Source: Aplysia californica (lineage: Eukaryota). From it: a stretch of DNA of 64,000 bases. Made by a program: the position numbers and the translations under genes. Shown here piece after piece: positions 36,603-50,298 of the stretch (within the stretch, counting starts at the first letter, position 1; every line of letters starts with the position of its first letter). Under the pieces are notes generated by a model that saw only the letters and a list, made by a program, of their open reading frames with translations, did no database searches and was not told the origin of the DNA. Where the stretch lies: positions 1,035,737 to 1,099,736 of the forward strand of contig NW_004797318.1 of NCBI RefSeq assembly GCF_000002075.1, written 5' to 3'.

Positions 36603-39600
36603 CTGAAACAGAACAGAGATCAGGAATTGATAAAGGTCGACGGTTGATTTCTGCAAAGCTTGAGGGTGTTGAAGAGTACTTGGAGAGGTTGAGACACTAC
36701 TAAGAAGAAACGTGAACATTGACATGAGACAAATTTATATGGTACTGAGAAGGTGGCAGGGGGCAATCGTACGTGCGTGTACAGAATTTGTTCTGTTTAT
36801 GCACCTGTCATCTACTTGAAAACAAGGGAGATAGAGAAAGAGAGNNNNNNNNNNNNNNNNNNNNNNNNNNNNNNNNNNNNNNNNNNNNNNNNNNNNNNNN
36901 NNNNNNNNNNNNNNNNNNNNNNNNNNNNNNNNNNNNNNNNNNNNNNNNNNNNNNNNNNNNNNNNNNNNNNNNNNNNNNNNNNNNNNNNNNNNNNNNNNNN
37001 NNNNNNNNNNNNNNNNNNNNNNNNNNNNNNNNNNNNNGGGGGAAGGAGAGAAAGGTGACGGTAGGTAACTTCATCCTCAGTGTACACGGCTGTTACTATT
37101 ACATAAGTTTACAGTTACAGCCATTTTTCCTTCTAAAACAATTTATACATGATAGGTGCATGAATATAGTACATAGCTTTCTCTTTCTCCAGGCTTCCAC
37201 TAACCATTTCCTAATCATCAATACATGATATATTGAACTAGAATCTGCATTTGTTGCCATTTTTTTGTCCACAAGTTGCCACAAAAAGTGGCAAAAGTTG
37301 CCATAAAAGTGGCCAATAATGTTCAAGCTTTCAACTCTTGGTGACGACATAGCAATATGTTGAGAGAGGTAACTTAATCTATTAGTACAAGAAATTTCAA
37401 TATGTTCTGTTTTAATAAGCATCCAGAATATCATTTGCAGCCACATATAATGTAAAAACGTGAAAAAGAAGGTTTCACAGCAGAATGAAATCAAAGTTAG
37501 AACAGCACATAAACAACTACAAAAATTAACAACTAAAATAAGGGTGTTTGTATATCTTTCCAAAGATCTCCATTGGCTTCCACTAAAAGCCAAAATTGAA
37601 TATAAGTCAGCCCTACTATGCTTCAAAGGTCAAGCTAACCAGTCTCCCACATATATTCAAGAACTCATTGTACCATACGCACCATCACGTGAACTAAGAT
37701 CCAGTGGCTCTAGACTAATTTCAACACCTCGTAAGAAATATTTTAATTAATGGACAGTACCTTTGCCTTTTTGTATGAGCATTTTTTATTGTCGGAAAGA
37801 ATGTTGCGGTCAAAAAGTGCGCACATGTTTGTATGGTGTTAGTATGAATGCGTTTTTAATCTCCTATGTATGCCTTGGGCCCATGCTGTGGGGAAAGGTG
37901 GGATACAAATGCTCTTATTATTATTATTGGCGATTTTAACCCTAAACGTGTGTAATTTAAGAAAAAGTACAGGATTTTTTTGTTACTGTTTTGATGTGTT
38001 GTTTTTCTATTTTTTTGTGTTTGTGTAGCGTAATATAATTTAATTTGAGGTTGTTCCTACATTTTAAAAAAATAAAACGTTAATTTTGTAGTTGTTTGTA
38101 TGCTGTTCTAATTTTGATTTCATTCTGTAAATTATGGAATCACACACAAGGGGCCTGCCAGTGTCAGTACTCGGTTTTGGTGGAGACACGCTCTAATATA
38201 ACACATTATATTTATATTTTTGTAAAATGTAGGAACAACCTCAAATTAAATGATATTACGCTACATGAACACAAAAAAACCCAAAAAAAACAACACATCA
38301 AAACAGTAACAAAAAAAAACAAAACAACACATAAAAAAAAACAGTAACAAAAAAACTAACACACCGACAAATTAAAACACAACAAAAACGGAAAAGTAAA
38401 AGACAAACAGTAATATAGCATGTAATGTACCTACATTCTTAGCATGAAATTCAAAATACACGTATAATATGTAATGAAGTAGCCTTTTTTTTGTTGAAAA
38501 ATGCCAAATCGCTGCCCTGATTCGTGGACCAAAAAATGCCAAAAATCGCGGCCGCGGGTCGAGGCCGCGACAAACGCAGATGCTAGATGGAAAAGAGTTT
38601 CTTATCAGTCAAGTACATTGGATAGTAGCCACCGTCACCTGCTGTCGGCAACATTTTGCATGAGGAAAATAACGGCATTTCTTATCTTATACACATCACA
38701 CAAAGAGCAGCAGAGAACAAAATTAGTTCAGGTCTATGGGCATTCAGAAACTGTGGGAACAAAATGTCTTCAAACAGTCTTTGAGATTGACCTCAAAGTG
38801 AGAAGATTCCACAAGAGTGTTTACTGTTTATCTTATGAAACATGTTCACAATGGTAACTTTTATAGAACAAGCTTAGCTGAACTGAGAAGCAGTACATTC
38901 TAAAATTATTTCAGTCAGCACCGCAAGTTATTAATCTTTACCAAAGATAGTGAATAACAAGATGGGCCACTCAGCCAAAAAAGTGTCCGCAGGAAGTATG
39001 CTCTTTGCTTCAGATGGCGCTGCAGTCTGTTTTGAAGCTCTCTTTCATTTTTCCAGAAGAAGAATAAGAATAGCACCTCCTTGCGTGCGCAGATCGACTG
39101 CTGTTCATCAGCAGTTTGGGTACGTTCAGTGCGGAGTTTTAGTTTTTTTAAATATTTTAATGACCTCTCGCCTTTCATTCTAAAGTCAAATTAAACGAAG
39201 AAAACCATCACCCTTTCCTCCGGAAGAGGTTTTTTGTCAGCGTAACCATTTTAAAAAAGCGTTCTTCCGAAATTTATCCCAAAACTTGCTAGTTTCACTT
39301 TGATTTTTTTAAACTCAAGTAGGGTAACTCTGTTCGCAAAGAGTGCGCTTTTGTGAAGAGGGCGCCACCAAATTTTGAGGACACTTTTTTAATTGGCTCA
39401 AAGAGAGAAGTGGCCCATCTTGTTATGTACTATCATTGTCTTTACTAGAAGCTGTATACCACAGTTAGTGAACAAAAAAGATGAGCCGACTATTCACAAA
39501 AAGTACAAAAACCCATAGAAAACTAGAGTCTATGGGGCTTATTTTTGGTTTGATGCAAAAGAAAGATTAAAAAGTACTTCGGCAAAAATGAATGTTGAAG

Positions 39601-42600
39601 CACTCAACTGAGCTCTGTTTGCTTCAGCATGACATTAGCTTTCAGTGAAAGTTTTTATCTCTATGGCAAAATGGAGCAGTATTTTTAAAGTAAATCTTAT
39701 AATGAAAAGTATTATAAATCTATGTGCACTAGTTGAAATGACTCCTATCCCACTTCTAATTTCACTCAATTATCTACACTAAATTAAAGAGCAGAAACAG
39801 CAAGAGGAAGTTGATCACAGCATTCTCTATTTTACTTTGTCATCGAGGGGAAGGTCCAAGGGTAGGGAGTTGTCACCAAACCACCTGTCGCATGGACTGA
39901 ACTCAGGTCAGGGATTCATGCACATGCCATAGGTGTTATATAACAAGAAATGGAGACATAAAAGTAGCTAGTGAAGAGTAAAATGACTATGTCACAGTCA
40001 TTGAACTATGAAGCCTTGAAATTCAACGGTCAAATGAACTTTAGAGGGTCGAAACTGGTAGCAAGAAATCCTGGCTACATCCACTTTTGCAAAACAAATT
40101 GTATTCTTGTTCACGACATGAACACTACATGCTTAAATCATTAAATTTTTAGACTTTAGTAACCTTTAGTTTGAAGACATACCAATATAAAACAGGTTTG
40201 CACCAGGCAAACATTATGGTTCGCTATACCAGTCAAAAATGCTATTAAAAGAAAATGTCTGATAAAAAATAAAAATTAAAACTTGTTGTGAGTAACTTTG
40301 GCCTACAATACAATGCAGGAGACATGACACATTATTTAAGTTGTTAGGTATACCCCATTCTCTTGACTTATTGATACTGTAACTAATAACAGAAATGTGG
40401 TTTCATAGAAGACTGCTGAGAATATCTTGGAAGGAAAAGAAATTAAATGAAGTACTCGAAAAAACCCATGTGGGCCTCTCGCTGAAGGTAAAACCATCAG
40501 GAAAAGACAGGTAGTTCTTGGGAAGCTTAATTAGACATAAGGGCCTTGAACATCTAGCTCTCACTGACAAAATTGAAGGCAGAACGAGGCAGGGGAAGGC
40601 CCAGAGCAACCTACTTGAAGAGCCTAAACAGATAGGGTGACAGGGAAAGATCAGGGTAATGTAGCTTTTTTGAGAGCATCTGAGCAAAGGAATGAATGGA
40701 GAACCATGATCGCCGATGTCTGTCACAGATTTGGCACTTGATGAGATGATTTTGTATTTCCCTCTCCTCCTTCTTTCTCTTCCATTTGAGTCCACAGGTG
40801 AGTTAACAAATTAGGTTCACAAGGAATGTCAAGTGATGTTTGTGCCGACAGCTCACAGTGCGTTCTTAAAGCAAGGGAAATAGCCCACTTGAACATTTAT
40901 GTTCATACACACATAAATATGAGGAGTCCAACAATGCCACAATGATAATCTTACTTGTATTCCAAGAGAGCCATCCTTTCCTCACATTCATTTCAGATGG
41001 CGGGATTGCCTCTTCATACGTCAAAGGTTTTGTTCTGAACCTGGTCACTTTAGGAACTCCCGATTTTTTATTCTTGGCAAGGCAGGCTGTTGTAGACAGA
41101 CCCCGAAATGCAACGTTCAACGATGACAAAGGAGCTGCCCTGTTTAAAACCTGGATAAAGAAGAAATGAGAGAAGAAAATGTTATACAGAGACTACAAAA
41201 GCTCGGAATCACAATTCTTCAGTAAAACCAAGAGAGACTGGTGCTTCCCTTTTGACGGGCTTTTAGGTCTTTTACTGTGTTGAAAGGACGAGAATAGAAA
41301 AAGACTTCTTCAAGGAGCTCTGACTGAGACAGTTTTGAAAATTAATGTCTAGTTATATTTTTCTCCATAATGTATGTTCTAATTCTAATGTCCTCATTCA
41401 ACCAGGGTTGGGTTGATTTAAATCAGGTCGATTTAAATCAGTTGATTTTTTAAATTTAAATCAACTTCATTTTAAAAATAAAAATCAGTGATTTAAATCA
41501 CTTTAAAAAAATTGTTTTCAGTTTTTACATATACAGTTGAACCTGCCTTAAAGGAAACCTGTATAAAATTGGAAACCTGTCTCTACGGAATCTCCACGCT
41601 CCCCCCTTGATATATTCCTCTTTAATTACCTTTATAAAACGGAAACCTGTCCAACGCAGAAACGGAAAGAAAAATCTGCTCCCTTCCGATGGTTTCACTT
41701 GTCTAAGACAGAAAATGCTTTGCCCGCTCAGCCCTGATTTGAAACAAAACTCACAAGTTTGGTACCGCCGGCTCTAAACTTTATGCGATGGCCATGCCGC
41801 TGGGCGAGGAAGGGGAGATGGGGTGCAATTTGGGGGTAGATGTTACCCCATCATGTGAGCCCTGCGCGATGCAGATGGTCAGTGTAGTGTGGGTGTGAAA
41901 TCTCACGACTGCCCGTGAGAGTGCTCGAGTAACGAGCCACGACGGAAACTTTCCTGGGTAGCCAGAAGCCAGAGGTGTGAAATTAGATTGACCAATTCCT
42001 GCCGCCGTGATCGTACGGCCAGCCGAGAAAAGAGTTCCTCGAATCGTTGTTACAATGATGGCAGTGAGGGGTGGTATTGGTGGGTGGGGCTAAGGGTGGA
42101 AGCAAAGGAGATGTTCAAACGTTTCCATTTTTAATAGGTCAAACAGTGGTCCTATGAAAGGCAAGCACTGGTGGTAATTGGATTAGTAAGACAGACGCAT
42201 GTCATTATCAGGCAGGATAGCAATTGAGAGGTGTTAAGTTTTGACCACTGCTTGCCGATCGTACAAGCAATCTTTCATCCCACCGGCTGGGCCTTTGAAC
42301 CCCCCCCCCCCCAAACCTCCATCTCCCTCTAAATTCCCCTGTTTAAGACGGAAAATGTCTAAGACGGATTTTTCTTCTGTCTCCCTTGCGATTTCGTCTT
42401 ACACAGGTTCGACTGTATTTAAACATACAGATATATATAAGATTTAGTAGACTAATATAATCATGCTTAAAAGTTTGCTTTCCCCCCTGTCACTGTAAAA
42501 TAATACAGTATTCAATTTACTTTTTTTTTCATAATTGAAATTAGCATTTTAAAATATTTTTTTAGACAAACACAAGCACGTGCGCGCGCACACACACACA

Positions 42601-45600
42601 CCCATCCACACACAGACTAAGGAAATGTCTAGATTTATTAACTGTAAACTTTATAATTTATTGAATGTCAGATCAAATCAACTGTGACTGAGGAGAATAA
42701 AAACATTAACAAATAAAAATCTAAACAATGTAATAAAAATAATAATTCAGATATTATTGCAAATTAACAAAATGGCAACTGAAGGAATTTTGAAAGTAAA
42801 TCACTTTCATACAATATTAACGGTTTTACAATAAGCAACAATTTAGATCATGTTGAAATTACCCATGGAGTTGTTTGGGGTTGAAGGTTTTGAAAAGAAA
42901 CACAATACAGTATTCAATTTCCTTTTTTTTTTCAAATAAATTGAAATTAGCATTTTTTTCCTTCGTTTTAGACAAACACAAGCGTGCACACACACACATT
43001 GTAATAATATGCAAGTTTATCTATGCATAATTACCCCCCTTCCTGTTAGACTGACATTTTCTTCATTTTTGTCTGTAACCATGAATAATTCACTATATAT
43101 CAGATTAAGGCTTTCTTTTGCAGTTGCTTAAATTAATCATTAGTTAAAATAAATAAAACAATGCATTTTGCACTAAAAGAATATACTTTCAGTCACTAAA
43201 GATCTCAAACTGTGTTGACATTAAAAAACAAAAAAATTAAATGGATAATTAAAAATACGATTAAAATTTTTTTTAATCAATTAAAAAAAAATAAAAAATC
43301 ACCAACCCTGCATTCAAACTGGTAATGAAACAGGCTAGGAATTAACGGGCTGGGATTCTTCATCATTATCTGAAGTTGAGACAGGTTTTCTGACAAGCAG
43401 GGCAAATGTTTTAAGTTTTTTTTTGGTAAGTGTTTTACGGCGCTCCCAAATGCATAAGTTGTAAGGTCATATGAGTGAGCGGGACATAACATTTTCAGTC
43501 GGTAGGAAATTTTGAATTTTGCCACGCTGACGGCCGAAACCTACTCTTATTAATTTTTGGACCACCAAGGCATCTTTAATTTGCACTACTTGCACTTGGG
43601 ACCTCCGAGATTTTTCGTCTTTGTCCGAGAAGGCTAGGTGCAGATCTTTCCTACCATAAGATCAGGGATGTGGCTGAAAGACAGCAGTAAGAAGGAGTCA
43701 AGGAGTAGCCGTAGAAAGGCTGCAGAAAGAGTCAGGAGCTTAGAGGAGGGGGAAAAGGAGGTGAGGGGATGGGGGCAGAAAGTGGATACGAAAGCAGACG
43801 ACAGAACATTGTTAGTAGAGAGCAGGAAAGGAGGTGAAAGGAGAACATTTTATAGAAGAAAATTTTCCGTCGCGATCCGGATTCAAACTCAAGACCTATT
43901 AAATGAGAGGTGAACACTTTAACCTCTAGACTACGAGAGCCCCTGGCAAATGATGTTTAAATATTCAAAATCAGAATTGTCAAGTATTCTTAAAAGTGAT
44001 ACTGTGGATTTTGGAAAGTATGAAACACTGGATGGTACGTGCCAGGCCAAGATAAAAAGAATAGAATGATCTCCGCCAAAATGCACGCCATACAAAGACA
44101 TGCTCTGCTCAAACATAGGCAATAGTAATCACTAAAATATCCAGGAAATGAGATCAATGTGTGTCCTCCCCCCCCCTCTCCCCCCCATCCCTCCCTTTCA
44201 AATGTTCACATGAACGCATGCTCCATGTCAAGTGCACACTGTGGAGCCCTCCCGAGCACTGTGTGTTTTGGCAGAGACTACTGTACAGTCTAGCACGCGC
44301 ATAGCAAAACACGCACATAGGGCCTATCAAAAACAGATTTTCAGGCCCTGATTGTTTTCTTACATTTTCTTTGTATCTGAAATACAGACATAACAAAATT
44401 ATTTCCAGGTCACGTTGATTTTGCCTTTTGCCATGAGCATGCTAGACTCTTTTTATACAGTTAAAATAACTTTAACTCTCTTATTTTTTTTAAAGAGTTT
44501 ACTAGATCTAGAACTATGGATGGGTGTGTCAAACACATTTGTCAACCCCTGACATGTCGAGATCCATGCTCAACTTAGAAAGTATTAGAAGAAGATTTAG
44601 TACTTCTCGCATTAAGCACCGTTCTTGACATATGTTAAATCTTATTCCCGATATAATAATAAGAGTGAGAAAAGTGGGAGGAATCAGAAGGGCAAGAGGA
44701 CAAGCAATGATGGCAGCAATCCATTTATGAACTCATGTGACTTTGTAGGGCTCTAAACCATGGACTTTCTTAGACTCCGTGAATAAATCGTACTTGATGT
44801 TAATTTGTGAATTCTCAGATAAGAATATAACTTAATATAATACATACGACTTAAAAAATCTTGGCAGACAATGAGAGGATTGCGTTTGCTGTGATTTGAA
44901 GGGCAACAACAGGACAAAGTGTGACAAAAGGGCTCTTGTGGTTGAGAGGTTACGGTGTTCGCCTCTCGTTCAATAGGTCCCGAGTTTGAATCTGGACAGT
45001 GACGGAAAATTTTCTTCTGTAAAATTTTCTACATTCACCTCCTCTCCTGCTCTCAAACAATGTTCTGTTGTCGGCTTAAATGTCACCATTTTTGACCCCC
45101 ACTCCCTCACCTCCGGTGCCCCCTCCTCTGGGCTCCTGACTCTACTCTTTCTGCAGCCTTTCTACTGTTGTTACTCCTTGACTCCTTTTTACTGCACCGT
45201 TTTTCAGCCACATCCCTGATCTTATTGTATGTAAGATCAAACACCTAGCCTTTTCGCAAAAGGGCAAAAAATCTCGGAAGTCTCGTGCGCCAGTTGCACA
45301 CGTATGGAATAGATCCTTTGGTGGTCCAAAATCTATCAGAATATACAGTATTTAATCTACTTAAATCGATATGCTTTGGGAAGTGGATTTGATGTCGATA
45401 AATTAAAATATAAAGCCAAAGAGGAAAAACAAGGCGAAGTCTGCCGTAAAAAGACAACACTACTTTTTTAAGCTGGTTGCTTCCCTTGATTTTTACACAA
45501 CTACACAGTGAAACTAACAAGAAGCAAAGGGGAGGCGGGGGTTGGAGTTACGGTACCACAGGCCGAGCAACGAGAGGCGCACACTACAGACCAGCGTAAT

Positions 45601-47683
45601 CTTTGTTGTAGCATCCTTGTAAGGCCTGTATAACTGCTGGGGAAAATGGAAAGGCAAGGCACTGAATCACTGACCGTAGCACTTTCCAACGACAGACTGA
45701 GAATGGGATGGGGAAGGGGAGTGAGCGATCGAGAGCAGTGGGTAGGGAGGTAATGCCCAGCGCGCGAGACGCTCACGTCTGTGAGCAAGGCACTGTACTG
45801 TGTTGGAGACTACACTGTGTAGGCCCAACATGACCTACTAAAGCCTAGTGTGCCGAATGGGCAACTGTACTTGGCGGGTATGCGGACTGAATGAAGAACT
45901 AATACGTTGACCGTTAGCGTGGCTTATTCCCCCAATTATGTTCATGGGCTTCGCCAGGTACCCAGGAAGCATAACGATAAAGCAGAGTGGGCCGAAAAAA
46001 AGTCAATATAAGAGAAATTGTTTTGTGAATTTATTGAAGGAAAAATTTCGTCATTGGAAATTATGTCGATATGTCAAAATGTCGATACATCGGCTGTCAA
46101 TATAAGTGGATTATACCGTGTATTAAGATCTAATCTTACTTCGGCCGCCACTGGGACAAACTTAAAAATTTCCTACCAATTGAAAATGTTTAAAGTGTCC
46201 CGCGCTCTCATATGACTACACCACACATTTGCGAGCGCCATAAAACACAAAAAAAAAGGTTGACAACGCAGCACTGGCACTGGCACTCTGTGGCTGTGGG
46301 AGAGTACAGTTGAATTTAGCCCCCAAATCAGGGTCCCCTTACGAAATGGTAGCCTACTTCACATACATGGCCCCAAAAGTATTGGGATAATACATTGTGA
46401 GACAATTTTCTGAAGGCAGGCGCTATTTGCAACGCCGCATTCTGAATAGCTCCCGTGCTATTTGTCACGCCGCGTTCTGAATAGCTCCTGTGCTATTTGT
46501 CACGCCGCGTTCTGAATAGCTCCCATGCTATTTGAAACGCCAGTACCAGATCTTGAAGCCATCGTTTCTACATCATAATATTGTAGTTCTGCCTGTATTA
46601 TTTATAATGTGGAAGCTTTCTCAGTTTCTGAATAAACCTCCTATGATTTGACTCCTTTTTTTAAAGACGTCTTATTCTGATCAATATTGGGTAGATCTAG
46701 ATTAGATCTAACAATTGTTTCTGACATTGTTTGCACAAAAGTAGACTAGACATACAGTCTCATAATCATTTGAGTTTGAGCAAGTAAGTCGAAAGACGCT
46801 TAGATAACAATAAAAAGACAGTGCCACTCGGCAAAAGCAGTATTTTCTGTCCGCAGTGTCGTCATACAATAGATCTACGAGTACCTAAAAATATGTTAGC
46901 CCTAGAGAACGTTACAAGCTGTCTACATTCTCTAAGTCTAATGCTCAGTGCTTCCAAGCATGGCATCGAATCCCGGTCCCCGAAGATTTTTTTTTTCTAA
47001 AAAAAACAAAAACAAATTAGACTCACAGACCAAGAAAGCCACTAACTTTAACCAGGCCTAAAATCCCTAAATTGGTCAAAAGAAAAGTATAGTAAGGCTA
47101 TAGGCTACAGCCTACTTTGTACAGAGGTCCTCTTGGGACAAAACCAGAAAGTGCATTCTTCATCACTACATTAAAAAAAAACTACAAAGAAACAAGTTAT
47201 AATCTATGGGAAAAATAATTTGTTGGTCAGTCGAGAAGAGGACACACAAAAAAACCCCCCCAAAAAACCTTCCACGACCGGGAATCAAACCCACGTTCAC
47301 AAAATAAAGGTTTGGCTTCAAGCGCAGACGCGCTGTCCATTCGGCCATCAGAACCTCCGACAACAAAGCGCAAATTAGGCTGCTAAGCTTTATAATTTTA
47401 AGCACGGCGACATGGCGTTTTATTTAGCACTAGAATAGATCTAGATCTAGGGCTGATCGCGCAACGCGATCTATCTAGATCTAGATCAGATTCTATATAT
47501 ATCTAGATTTAGAAGTAAAGACTAACGTTACACAAGCCAGAAACAACACAACCTAGACTCTTGACCCCATCATAACATAATAATCTGGCTTTTAGACTTT
47601 TAGGCTAATCAAGATTTCTAGTCTAAGTCCCAAGGCATGTTTAAAGACAAGGAACAAGCATGCACCTGAGATATATTCCACAT
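36310..47683 (-). CDS. MRPS24: 28S ribosomal protein S24, mitochondrial (uS3m), whole gene model
   Basis: Exons 47683-47666 (MWNISQ, tentative), 41150-40955 and 36602-36310 give 168 aa; motifs LTYEEA..P...RKGWLSWNTSNL.GE, EDLFIRKF..GTW, IKRRHN, YFLQGYTEELL. Confidence 0.93.
37555..37745 (+). mobile_element. L2/CR1-group LINE fragment
   Basis: LHWLPLKAKIEYK...P.YIQEL..Y.PSRELRSS. Confidence 0.75.
38942..39440. mobile_element. MITE with ~30-bp TIRs
   Basis: gatagtgaataacaagatgggccact / agtggcccatcttgttatgtactatc. Confidence 0.65.
40404..40750 (+). mobile_element. RTE-like LINE 3' fragment, degenerate
   Basis: RRLLRISWKEK...GLEHL..KIEGR, short gat-type tail. Confidence 0.65.
40955..41150 (-). 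CDS. MRPS24: MRPS24 middle exon
   Basis: ttatccag|VLNRAAPLSS...GWLSWNT A|gtaaga. Confidence 0.94.
41403..43310. mobile_element. hAT-type non-autonomous element
   Basis: TIR CAGGGTTGG..GATTT / AAATCACCAACCCTG, 8-bp target duplication cattcaac/cattcaaa. Confidence 0.7.
41534..42415. mobile_element. pogo-type MITE nested in the hAT element
   Basis: TA|CAGTTGAACCTG ... CAGGTTCGACTG|TA. Confidence 0.75.
43416..43944 (-). mobile_element. SINE family A copy
   Basis: Reverse complement of family A, imperfect target duplication ggcaaatg..tttaa. Confidence 0.8.
44930..45338 (+). mobile_element. SINE family A, 3'-truncated; a tail fragment lies at 46138-46258
   Basis: Diverged head and core match family A. 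Confidence 0.75.
46422..46541. repeat. 35-bp minisatellite, about 3.4 copies
   Basis: Unit gctatttg(c/t)(a/c)acgccgc.ttctgaatagctcc..t starting at 46422, 46457, 46492 and 46527. Confidence 0.9.
47666..47683 (-). CDS. MRPS24: MRPS24 candidate first coding exon
   Basis: aaaaATG TGG AAT ATA TCT CAG|gtgcat; phase 0 fits the next exon; lies next to the promoter-like region. Confidence 0.5.
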
Positions 47684-47879
47684 TTTTCTTTCTTGGCAGC
47701 TTATAAAGAGCGAAGACTGTAGATCTAGATCTAGTGCCACTTCCCGTCACGAAGTCGAAGTCAAAAGTTTGCCATTGCTTTGGTCACCTCTACGATGAAT
47801 ACGGTACGCTACGCAGCTAGCAGTGTGTGTGCTGCAAGATGTTGAAAGCAAAACCGGAAACACAAAACGCTGCCATTCG

Positions 47880-48090
47880 TTGGAAGTGCCACCTCTTGTT
47901 ATTGGTCAGTTATATTTATCCAGCGAATGAAAATATTCCATGGAAAGTTTCACATAACGGAAGTACGTAATCTGGATGACGGCCATTTTTGTATCACTCT
48001 CTGGACTATTACACGTCTTTAGGGAAGACGGCATTCGTGACAGCGAATCATAAACTTGTAGTGGATTTTGCGGCGTCAAATAGTAAGTTG
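47880..48090. promoter_or_regulatory. Putative bidirectional promoter of MRPS24 and Sar1
   Basis: ATTGG 47901, ETS CGGAAGT 47958, YY1-type GCCATTTT 47982, raised CpG, strand skew switch, plus-strand donor |gtaagt at 48083. Confidence 0.55.
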
Positions 48091-48951
48091 TAACCCATGT
48101 CAATGCTGCGGTGTGATTATATAAAGCTGAAGATGTTTGCACTTTCCGCTTATATTGCCTAGTTTTGATTGATCACTCGTCCACACCCAAAATATGTGTG
48201 TGTGTATAAAAACGGACAGAGATACGACCACTGCTGTCAAGTGACACATCATGATCAACATCCATGAATGGTTTTTAGATTCAAGGACTGCTCCCGTTTG
48301 GTTTATTGAAATCTATACCATTGACTGAATGGTGATATGGACATTCGGGGCTAGTAGGAGGGAGTGTAAGGCTGGATCTAGATCTAGATCAAGGACTTTT
48401 GAAAGTATTGGATGATGATGATTCTCACTTGAAAGTCAACTTAACTCTCCAACTCAAAGTTCATATTGGGCCTGGGGCAGTAGTGTAGACCCCAGTCTGA
48501 CACTGCCTGATTGTAGTGTCAGTAGTGTGTAGTCAGATGGTAAGTCTAGATATCCAGATAGATCTACTGTGGGGCACTCCTGTACAATTGCGGTCCTGTT
48601 TAGGGATACAACTCATTTTGACCCCACCAACGATTACTTCTGGTTCTAAACAATTACCATTTGATGCGCGTGCCGATAGGCCTCTATGGAGAATAGCCAA
48701 TCAGTCCTAATTGCAAATCATCAAATTATGGCCAAATTGAGGGGGGCGCAACCCCCCATGTTTTTTGTTAGGTGGTCAGGGGGGGGGGGGGCAAGACCCC
48801 CCTTGCCTTGTTAACTATATTAAAATGTGACATTTTTCTGTAGGAAGTGCCTATTTGCAAAGCTGCGTTGCGATTTACGCCAGTATTAATAAAATGCCGC
48901 GTTGCGATTAACGCCAGTGCTAAATAAAACGCCGTGTGTTAAATATAAGGA

Positions 48952-50251
48952 AGGGCCACCTCTATTCTCACCCGGGATGAGAATAGTGCAGGCTAGTCTT
49001 TTGGCTATTCTCACCCGGTGCGCGTTCACTGTTATAGCCTAGATCTAGGCCAACAAATTTTGCGTTCACCCTAAAACCACAGAATTCTACACTGTGATAA
49101 CAGAAAAATTGTAGAATTCTGTGCCGTGAACAAACGTTCCATTACAACTGTAGCCTACTAAAAGCGTACACTTTTGTATGTGGGCAGTGGAGAGAGAGAA
49201 AGAGACAGAGAGAGGAGTAGCGTGAGAACTTCCGGTCAAAACAAAATGGCGACCTGCGTAGTTCTGCTCGATTCGAAAAGTTAAATAGCCGTAGCATCTT
49301 TGTAGACAACCAAATTAATGGAGGTATGGAAGTGGCTATTCTCATCCGGGGTGAGAATAGAAAAACGATTTACCTCTCACCCCGGGTGAGACTTGCCAGC
49401 GTAGGCTATTCTCACCCGGTGCGAAACAAGACCTGCTTTTCCTCATTTTGGAATACTGTCTATCGGTGTGGATGATCAAATTGATAAAAGCCAAGAAAAA
49501 ATTACGTTATATAGCACAAAAGTAAGCTAATTTGATTGTCTTCAAAGATGCTATGGCTATTTCACTGTTCGAATCGAGCCGAACTACGCGGGTCGCCATT
49601 TTGTTTTGCCCGGAAGTTCTCGCAAGATCTACTCCTCCCCTCTCTCTCTCTCTCTGTCTCTTTCTGAATACTGTCTATCGGTGTGGGCGATCAAATTGAC
49701 CAAAACAAAGTTAAAAAATGATGTTAAAACACAAAAGTAAATTAATTTGGTTGTCTACAAAGATGCTACGGCTATTAACTTTTCGAATCAAGCAGAACTA
49801 CGCAGGTCGCCATTTTGTTTTGACCGGAAGTTCTCATGCTACTCCTCTCTCTGTCTCTTTCTCTCTCTCTCTCTCCACTGCCCACATACAAAATTGTACG
49901 CTTTTAGTAGGCTACAGTTGTAATGGAACGTTTGTTCACGGCACAGAATTCTACAATTTTTCTGTTATCACAGTGTAGAATTCTGTGGTTTAGGGTGAAC
50001 GCAAAATTTGTTGGCCTAGATCCAGGCTATAACAGTGAACGCGCACCGGGTGAGAATAGCCAAAAGACTAGCCTGTACTATTCTCATCCCGGGTGAATTT
50101 ACGCTTCGTTGTCGAAAAAAAATGATGTTATTTTAGCTCAAAAGTAGACTAATTTGGTTGTCTACAAAGATGCTACGGCTATTTCACTTTTCGAATTGAG
50201 CCGAACTACACCAGTCGCCATTTTGTTTTGCCCGGAAGTTCTGGCTACTCC

Positions 50252-50298
<47 letters not shown>

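Noticed and set aside
46422-46541. 35-bp repeats resembling a CRISPR array
   Set aside because: Head-to-tail units without unique spacers, eukaryotic context and no cas genes; a minisatellite
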